Origin: Gaiellales bacterium
Lineage (GTDB): Bacteria; Actinomycetota; Thermoleophilia; Gaiellales; JAICJC01
NCBI GenBank assembly: GCA_036273515.1
Contig: DASUHM010000049.1
Coordinates: 963-64,962, forward strand
Direction: 5' to 3'
DNA length: 64,000 nt
Shown here: piece after piece, positions 55,000-61,874 of the stretch
How the letters are laid out: every line of letters starts with the position of its first letter
How positions within the stretch are numbered: the stretch's first letter is position 1
Translations under genes and position numbers: made by a program
The notes under the pieces: model-generated
The model's database searches: none
Told to the model about the DNA's origin: nothing
The model's input: only the letters and a program-made list of their open reading frames with translations

Positions 55000-55477
55000 G
55001 TGGACGTGACCTGGACGTCGCGGAACGGTCTGCACTGTGACCTGGAGAGCGTGTCCAGGACAGGCGCCGAGGCCAACCTGTACAGCTACGCCGCGGCTAT
55101 CAGCGCCGACGGCCGCTACGTGGTGTTCAACTCCGGCGCCACCAACCTGGTGCCCCACGACACCAACCCGCGCACCGACGCGTTCGTGCGCGACCGCCGC
55201 GCCGGGTGACGACTCGCATCAGCGTCTCCACGACCGGGGCCCAGGCGCAGGCGCGGTCGCCAGGCCAACGCGGAATGCAGCGCACCTCCGGCTGACCCGC
55301 CACGGCCGCGACGTCGTCTTCTCCTCGCCCGCCTCGACGCTGGTCTCCGGCGATACCAACGGCCAGACACCAGTCTTCTCCTCGTGGGCCGGCAACCTGG
55401 TGTCGAACGACCGCAGCCCGGGCCCGGAGGTGTTCGTGCGCGATCGGACCTGCCCTGAGGGATTCACTCTAGACTGA
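55000..55477 (+). pseudogene. Decayed PD40/TolB-like beta-propeller repeat gene remnant
   Basis: Repeat units ISADGRYVVFNSGATNLVPHDTNPRTDAFVRDR, TTRISVSTTGAQAQA, and GRDVVFSSPASTLVSGDTNGQ...VFVRDR occur in three different frames with stops between them. No signal peptide or credible start. Confidence 0.55.
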
Positions 55478-55483
55478 CCGGCC

Positions 55484-56923
55484 GTGTCGTCCCGTCCCGT
55501 CTGCGTCCGCATGCCGCCCAGCCCGACCGGGCTCTTCCACGTCGGCACGGTGCGCACGATGCTCTTCAACTGGCTCTTCGCCCGCGGCCGCGGCGGCAGG
55601 GTCGTGCTGCGGTTCGAGGACACGGACGTCGCCCGCTCCACCGAGGCCGCCGTCGAGCACGCCGAGGCGGTGCTGCGCTGGCTCGGGATCGACTGGGACG
55701 ACGGGCCCTACCGGCAGACGCAGCGCTACGACCTCTACCGGGCCGCCGCCGAGGACCTGATCGCGCACGGCAAGGCCTACCGCTGCTACTGCACCGAGGC
55801 CGAGCTGGCCGAGGAGCGAGCCCGCCGCCAGGCCGACGGCCGGCCGCTGATCTACAGCGGCCGCTGCCGGCACGCAGCGGCGGCCGAGCTCGAGGCGCTC
55901 GCCGCGGAGGGCCGGCCCGCGGTCGTGCGCCTGGCCCTGCCGGCGTCCGGCACCACCGTCATCGAGGACGTCGTCCACGGCACGGTCGAGTGGGACAACG
56001 CCCTCCAGGGCGACCACGTGATCCTGCGGTCGGACGGGTCGCCGACCTATCAGTTCGCGAACCCGTTCGACGACATCGCCATGGGCGTGACCTACGTGAT
56101 CCGCGGCGAGGACCTGATGCCGTCGACGCCGCGCCAGCTGGCGCTCTACCGCGCGCTCGACGCCCCGGAGCCGGTCTTCGCCCACCTGCCCATGGTGCTC
56201 GGGCCGGACAAGCGCAAGCTCTCGAAGCGGCACGGCGCGATCTCGGTCGAGGAATTCCGCGACGCGGGCGTGATCGCGGATGCGCTCGTGAACTACCTGG
56301 CGCTCGTCGGCTGGAGCTTCGACGACCACACGAACTTCATGACGCGGCCCGAGCTGATCGAGCGGTTCACGCTCGAGCGGGTGACCAAGAGCCCGGGCGT
56401 GTTCGACCCGGAGAAGCTCGAGTGGCTGAACGGCGAGCACCTGCGCGCGCTTGCGCCCGAGACGTTCGTGAAGGAGCTCCAGGACTACCTCGTCTCCGCG
56501 GCCTCGCCGCTGGCCGACCAGCCGGAGCAGGTTGCCGAGGCGGCGCCGCTCGTGCAGGAGAAGATGCGCGTGCTGGGCCAGTTCCCGCGCCTCGCCGGGT
56601 TCCTGTTCGGCCCGCCGGAGCGCGATCCGGCCGCCTGGGAGCGGGTGGGCAAGGACGAGCGCGCGCCGGCGTCCCTGCGGGCCGCCCGCGAGGCGCTCGC
56701 CGAGGTCGATCCGTGGACGGCCGAGGCGATCGAAGCGGCCCTGCACGCCGCCTGCGAGCGGCAGGGCGTGAAGCCGCGCGCGCTCTTCATGCCGGTGCGG
56801 GTCGCGCTCACCGGGAGCACCGTCTCGCCGGGGCTGTACGAGAGCCTGGAGCTGGTGGGCCGGGACGAATCGCTCGCCCGGCTCGACGCTGCGCTCGCCG
56901 ATCTCCCCGCCGTCGATGATTGA
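55484..56923 (+). CDS. gltX: Glutamate--tRNA ligase
   Basis: Class I motifs: a HIGH-type PSPTGLFHVG and a KMSKS-type KLSKRHG. The last codons and stop lie in the repeat at 56915. Confidence 0.9.
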   Translation: MSSRPVCVRMPPSPTGLFHVGTVRTMLFNWLFARGRGGRVVLRFEDTDVARSTEAAVEHAEAVLRWLGIDWDDGPYRQTQRYDLYRAAAEDLIAHGKAYRCYCTEAELAEERARRQADGRPLIYSGRCRHAAAAELEALAAEGRPAVVRLALPASGTTVIEDVVHGTVEWDNALQGDHVILRSDGSPTYQFANPFDDIAMGVTYVIRGEDLMPSTPRQLALYRALDAPEPVFAHLPMVLGPDKRKLSKRHGAISVEEFRDAGVIADALVNYLALVGWSFDDHTNFMTRPELIERFTLERVTKSPGVFDPEKLEWLNGEHLRALAPETFVKELQDYLVSAASPLADQPEQVAEAAPLVQEKMRVLGQFPRLAGFLFGPPERDPAAWERVGKDERAPASLRAAREALAEVDPWTAEAIEAALHAACERQGVKPRALFMPVRVALTGSTVSPGLYESLELVGRDESLARLDAALADLPAVDD

Positions 56924-57112
56924 TTCCACCTCCCCGCGAGCCTGGACGTCAGGCTGTTGGTGCGGGTTCGGACTGTTGGTTGGGGCTGCGCCTCAGCGTC
57001 TGCGTCATCGCAGACGCCTCGGACCGCGGTCAAGCGCATCCACGCTCCCTGCGTCCTTGCGCTGCTCGGTTCGCAACCGCCGAGACCGCACAGGGTCGTG
57101 GAATCGATCATC
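56915..57112 (+). mobile_element. 198-bp MITE-like element downstream of gltX
   Basis: Terminal inverted repeats GATGATTGATTCCAC (56915-56929) and GTGGAATCGATCATC (57098-57112). Internal 9-bp-stem hairpin at 56996-57017. Collinear with 51550-51748. Confidence 0.6.
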
Positions 57113-57164
57113 CAGTGAGTTTGCAGGAATCCGGCCGGGCCCGGCCGAAGGGGGAAGTCCGCCC

Positions 57165-57485
57165 GTGTACGGATCCCTGCATGTCTCCGAGTCGATCACG
57201 CGCCTCTCGGTCGCGGGCGTCGTCCTGTGGGTGAGCCTCACGGCCCTCGTCGCGACGGTCGTCGGCGTCGCCGCGTGGTCGGCCGGGAACGCCACCGCGA
57301 CGCGCTACACGCCTGCCGTCGTGCGCCAGATCCAGGGCCAGGCCTACGTCCGCGGGCTGGCCGCCGGGAGCGAGCGGACGAGCCATGCCGGGAACGGCCG
57401 CAAGCGGATCGACACGCTGCGCAGGAAGAGCTACGAGCGAGGATATTCGGCCGGCTACCGGGCCGGACAGGCGGCCGCACCCTGA
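57165..57485 (+). CDS. Hypothetical membrane-anchored protein
   Basis: GTG at 57165 preceded by GAAGGGGGAAG. One TM helix (LSVAGVVLWVSLTALVATVVGVAAW). Confidence 0.45.
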   Translation: MYGSLHVSESITRLSVAGVVLWVSLTALVATVVGVAAWSAGNATATRYTPAVVRQIQGQAYVRGLAAGSERTSHAGNGRKRIDTLRRKSYERGYSAGYRAGQAAAP

Positions 57486-57578
57486 CGCACTACCCGTTCG
57501 GGTGGGTTCGGGCCCGAAGCGAGGGGTGTTTCCCCCGACCCCGGGACTGGGGGCGCACGCGGAGGTAGAGTTGCGGAC

Positions 57579-57917
57579 GTGGGGGTCTACCTGCTGCAGC
57601 ATCTGGCCCAGTGGGCCGCAGCCACGGCGTTCCTCGCGACGCTGGGGTGTGTCATCGCCGCCGCGCTCGGCATCCAGATGTCTGCGTCGGCCCTGATGCC
57701 CGGCGACGCCGCCTTCGCGCTCGCGCGCACGATGGCGATCCTGGGCGGCTCCGCGGTGATCGTGGCGGGCTTCTCGAGCACCCTCTACTTCTGGCTGATC
57801 GGGGTCGCATCCGACCGCGCGGCGCTCACGGTCGGCGCCGGCACGCTGGCGGTCGGCCTCGTGTTCGTCGGCATGATCGGCATGCTGAACGAGCGCGGCC
57901 ACGCCGCCCACCGCTGA
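57579..57917 (+). CDS. Hypothetical polytopic membrane protein
   Basis: 112 aa with 3-4 hydrophobic helices. Confidence 0.45.
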   Translation: MGVYLLQHLAQWAAATAFLATLGCVIAAALGIQMSASALMPGDAAFALARTMAILGGSAVIVAGFSSTLYFWLIGVASDRAALTVGAGTLAVGLVFVGMIGMLNERGHAAHR

Positions 57918-57948
57918 TCCGGCAACCCCTCCCGGTACGCTTCCCGTC

Positions 57949-58194
57949 ATGCGCGAACGGCTGCGCAGCCGGGCGGTCCTGATCGCCGCGATCGCCGCGG
58001 TGGCGCTGGCCGTGCTCGGCACCTACACCTGGAACCAGACCGCGCCGACGCGCTGCCCGAAGGTGGGCGTGTGCCTGGAGGGCCAGACCCACAAGGTGCA
58101 CCCGCTGCGCGCCCGGATCGAGTGGGCGGCGGCCGTCGTGATGGTGGTGGGCGCCGCCAGCCTGGCGGTCACGGGCCGGCGCCGGCGGGAATAA
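57949..58194 (+). CDS. Hypothetical two-TM small protein
   Basis: 81 aa. TM helices at both ends around a C-x5-C loop (CPKVGVC). Confidence 0.4.
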   Translation: MRERLRSRAVLIAAIAAVALAVLGTYTWNQTAPTRCPKVGVCLEGQTHKVHPLRARIEWAAAVVMVVGAASLAVTGRRRRE

Positions 58195-58203
58195 CCGACA
58201 ATC

Positions 58204-58216
58204 GGGGTCAGACCCC
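58204..58216. repeat. GGGGTCAGACCCC palindromic motif copy (extends to CGGGGTCAGACCCCGAACGGG, 58203-58223)
   Basis: Same 19-20 nt as the arms at 13134 and 13180. Lies in a convergent intergenic gap. Followed by GTTGC-N5-GTTGC. Confidence 0.7.
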
Positions 58217-58256
58217 GAACGGGGGCTGTTGCACTCCTGTTGCGAAGTTGTGACGC

Positions 58257-61200
58257 CTACGCGGCCAGGCGCATGTCGGCGGCCGCCCAGGCCGCGAGCG
58301 CGGCGGCGTCGGCCGCGAGCACCGGCCGTCCGGCCGCCCGGGCGAGCCGCTCGTGGCCCGCGCAGCCGTCGTGCAGGGGCACGTAACCGTCGACGCCGGC
58401 GTGCAGACGCGGGCCGTCGGCGCCGGCCAGCGAGTGGGTGAGGATGACGATGTCGGCGCACTCGTCCAGGCTGACCCCGGCGTCGGCGGCCGCGTCGAGG
58501 ACGCGCTGGGTGCAGGCTTCCTCGCGGGGCGCGCTGCGCGGATCGGCGAGCAGGAAGAGGCACGCCCCCGTGCCGGGGCGCACCCCGCCGACCCAGGCGG
58601 CGAGCAGCTCGCCGAGGCGGTCGTCCCCGCGCCAGGCGGGCGTCGCCAGCAGGCGGATGCGGGCCGGGTCGAGCTCGAGCGGCGCCGGCTCCGGAAGGGC
58701 ATGCAGCGGCGGGCGGGCGGCCAGCGCGGCGATCCGCTCGCGGTAACTCTCGGCCACGACGGCCCATGAAAGCTTCTCCGCCGCCTCGCGGCCGGCGAGA
58801 CCGCGCGTCCCCCGACCGTCCGCGTCGGCGACGGCCGCGAGCAGCAGCTCGCGCAGGTGCCCGGGATCGGGCTCGAGCATCCACGGCCGGCCGGCGGTGA
58901 CCCACTTGCCGGCCCGGTCCTCGTCGTACTCGCGCCGCTCGGCCCGGATCCGCCAGCAGGCCTCGTCGGGGCAGAACTCGTCGGTGGGGCCGCCCGCGGT
59001 CACCACGACCGGCAGGCCGCACGCCATCGCCTCGAGCACGGGCATCCCGAAGCCCTCGCCGCGGTAGGGGTGCACGAGGACGTCGCAGGCGCGGTAGAGC
59101 GACGCCACCTCCTCGGTCGTCATGTCGCGGTGCAGGTAGACGATGCGCGGGCTCTGGCCGGACTCGGCGTAGTCGCGCAGGCGGCTGCGGTCGGACATCG
59201 GGTAGATGCCGTCCGCGCCGAAGTCCTTGACGATCAGGGTGACGTCGTCGCGGCCGGCGAAGACCTCGAGGAAGGCGGAGATGAGCAGGTCGGGGCCCTT
59301 GCGGTCGATCAGGCCGCCCACGAAGAGGATCCGCAACCCCGGCGCGTCGAGCTCCATGCGCGGGCCTTCGGGCGCGAACATCTCCAGGTCGACGCCGTTC
59401 GGGACGACGGCGACGCGGCCGGCCTCCACGCCGGAGGCGACGTACACGTCGCGGACGTGGGCGCTCGGCACCCACAGCTCGTCGACGTTCGCGTTGATGC
59501 CCTCGACCCACTCGACCGGGGCCGCGCCGAACTCCCACGGCTGGATCACCGCGAGCCGCCCCGACGCCGCCGGTCGCAGGTCGGGCGGGAACTGGTGCCG
59601 CACCTCGACCTGGGCCGGCAGCGGCAGCGCCGGGCCGCCGCCCTGGCCGGTGCGGGAGACGCGCTCGAGCGCAATCCCGTCGGCGGCCCCGAGCAGCTCG
59701 CACACGCTGCGGTTGACGCCGGCGAGGCTCTGGGTCGAGCCGTGGTCGCCCTGCCAGCGGACGCTGACCGGCGCGACGCCCGTGTGGTCGCGGCGCGGCC
59801 GCTCGCCGCGGTAGTAGGCCTCGAGCTCGTCGACGTGGGCGGCGAACGACCGCGGCGCGGCGATGTTCGCCTGGAGCCGCTCGAGCAGGCCCGGCTCGCT
59901 CGCCAGGCGGTCGAGCTGGCGGGCCAGGTCGGCGCCGTCGCGGCCGTCGAAGAGCAGGCCGTTCTCGCCGTCGGCGACGAAGTCGGGGATGCCGCCCATG
60001 CGGGCGGCCAGCACCGGCACGCGGCCGGCCAGGCACTCCGAGACCATCAGCGGCGCGCAGTCCCACCAGACCGACGGGATGACGGCGACATCGACAGAGG
60101 CGAGCAGCTCGGGCAGGTCGCCATGGCCGAACGTGCCGCAGATCTCGACCACGCCGCGGGCGTCGCGGGCCCGCAGGTCGGCGGCGAACCGCTCGGGCAC
60201 CTCGCCGTGGATGCGCACCCGAATGTTCGCCTCGGTGCGCTGGGCGGCGTCGATCAGGAGGCTCGGCCCCTTCTGCGGCAGCGCCGAGCCGAAGAAGCCG
60301 ACGACGAGCTCCTCGCCGATCCGGCCGGGAACGCGGTCACGGCCGAGCGCCGCCCAGATCGCCTCGTCCTCCGGCATCGCCTGCGGCACGACGTCGATCG
60401 CGTCGGCCGGGAACCCGGCGCCGGCGAGCGTGGCCCGCATCGCCTCGGACACCGCCAGGCACACGTCGATGCCGCGGCTGAAGCGGCCGCGGATCTCGCT
60501 CAGGCGGCGGCGGTAGGCGTCGGCGTCGAGGCTGCCGACGCAGGCGGCGCAGTCGCCGCCGCGGTCGCCGGGGCCGTGGCAGAGGTCGAGCGTGTCGGTG
60601 AACAGGTAGCCGCGCGGACAGGCCAGCCAGTAGTTGTGGGTCGTGAACAGCGACCGGATGCCGCGCACGGCGGCCTCGTCGATCAGCGCGGCGCCGAGGT
60701 TGTGCAAGTTGTGGAAGTGCACGGCGTCGGGGCGGACGCGGTCGAGCAGGTCGGCGAACGCGCGCGTGATCGGCGGGTCGTCGACCTCGCGGTCGGGATG
60801 GCCGAGGTCCATGAGGCCGTGGGGGCGGTTGAAGACGCCCACGAGGCGGACGCCGTCCTGCCACCACTCGCGCACCTGGTAGGGCTCTGCGGGCTCGATC
60901 CGGCCGACGGCGGCGTGGAACACGGTGACGTCGTAGCCGCGCCGGGCGAGCTCCTGCGACACCTGCCGGGGGACGATCGTGCCGCCGCCGGAGTCGTCGT
61001 AGCCGAAGGAGGTCATGACGATCCGGGGCCGAGCGGCCAGGCCGCGCTCGCGCAGGCGGGCGGCGAGCTCGGGCAGGGGCAGCGCGCGCCGCTCGAGCGC
61101 GTCGGCCAGGAGCACGAGCGCGCCCTGCTCGGTGGCCGCCTCGGGCGCCAGCACGCGCCAGTCCTCGCGCTCGATCGCGGCCTCGAGCGCGCGGGAGACC

Positions 61201-61874
61201 TCGTCGATCTCGCGGGCGCGGGCGGACTCGTCCGAGAAGTTGCCGCCGTGGCGGCGGTAGCGGATGAGCGGGCCCGGCCCGGTGTGGCGGAAGCGGAACC
61301 GCGGCGCCGCCCGCAGCCACAGGTCGAAGTCGTTGCACATCGGGTAGTCGGCGCTGTAGCCGCCCACCTCGGCGTGGACCCGGCGGTGGATCATCGTGGT
61401 CGGGTCGACCAGGTAGTTGTGGCGGCGCACGAGCATCTGCACCATGCCCTCCCGGTCGAACTCAGGGCACCGCCACTCGCCGACGACCTTGCCGGTGCCG
61501 TCGATCGTGACCGCGTCGCCGTGCACGATGGCCGTGTCCGCGTGGGCGTCGAACACGGCGACCTGGCGGCTGAGCCGGTCGGGCAGGGCGATGTCGTCGT
61601 GGCCGATGCGGGCGATCAGCTCGCCGCGGGCGTGCTCGACGATCGCGTTGTAGGCGGCGGCGATGCCGCGGTTCTCGGGGTGCGTGACGACGCGGACGCG
61701 CGGGTCGTCCGCGTAGCGCGCGATCACGTCGGGTGTCGAGTCGGTCGAGGCGTCGTCGACGATCAGGAGCTCGAAGTCGGCGTAGTCCTGGGCCAGGCAG
61801 CTCTCGATGGCCTCGGCCAGGTAGCGCTCGCCGTTGTAGGCGGCGATGGCGAACGTGACGCGGGGCGTGCTCAC
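58257..61874 (-). CDS. 1205-aa multi-domain glycosyltransferase (GT2 + two GT4/GT-B modules + C-terminal domain)
   Basis: aa 5-230 are GT2 (AAYNGERYL, LIVDDASTD, GHDD). aa about 285-660 are a GT-B module with a CHGPGDRGGDCAAC insert. aa about 760-1010 are a GT4 module (EGFGMPVLEAMACGLPVV). GTGA overlap with the upstream gene. Confidence 0.8.
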   Translation of the reverse strand: MSTPRVTFAIAAYNGERYLAEAIESCLAQDYADFELLIVDDASTDSTPDVIARYADDPRVRVVTHPENRGIAAAYNAIVEHARGELIARIGHDDIALPDRLSRQVAVFDAHADTAIVHGDAVTIDGTGKVVGEWRCPEFDREGMVQMLVRRHNYLVDPTTMIHRRVHAEVGGYSADYPMCNDFDLWLRAAPRFRFRHTGPGPLIRYRRHGGNFSDESARAREIDEVSRALEAAIEREDWRVLAPEAATEQGALVLLADALERRALPLPELAARLRERGLAARPRIVMTSFGYDDSGGGTIVPRQVSQELARRGYDVTVFHAAVGRIEPAEPYQVREWWQDGVRLVGVFNRPHGLMDLGHPDREVDDPPITRAFADLLDRVRPDAVHFHNLHNLGAALIDEAAVRGIRSLFTTHNYWLACPRGYLFTDTLDLCHGPGDRGGDCAACVGSLDADAYRRRLSEIRGRFSRGIDVCLAVSEAMRATLAGAGFPADAIDVVPQAMPEDEAIWAALGRDRVPGRIGEELVVGFFGSALPQKGPSLLIDAAQRTEANIRVRIHGEVPERFAADLRARDARGVVEICGTFGHGDLPELLASVDVAVIPSVWWDCAPLMVSECLAGRVPVLAARMGGIPDFVADGENGLLFDGRDGADLARQLDRLASEPGLLERLQANIAAPRSFAAHVDELEAYYRGERPRRDHTGVAPVSVRWQGDHGSTQSLAGVNRSVCELLGAADGIALERVSRTGQGGGPALPLPAQVEVRHQFPPDLRPAASGRLAVIQPWEFGAAPVEWVEGINANVDELWVPSAHVRDVYVASGVEAGRVAVVPNGVDLEMFAPEGPRMELDAPGLRILFVGGLIDRKGPDLLISAFLEVFAGRDDVTLIVKDFGADGIYPMSDRSRLRDYAESGQSPRIVYLHRDMTTEEVASLYRACDVLVHPYRGEGFGMPVLEAMACGLPVVVTAGGPTDEFCPDEACWRIRAERREYDEDRAGKWVTAGRPWMLEPDPGHLRELLLAAVADADGRGTRGLAGREAAEKLSWAVVAESYRERIAALAARPPLHALPEPAPLELDPARIRLLATPAWRGDDRLGELLAAWVGGVRPGTGACLFLLADPRSAPREEACTQRVLDAAADAGVSLDECADIVILTHSLAGADGPRLHAGVDGYVPLHDGCAGHERLARAAGRPVLAADAAALAAWAAADMRLAA

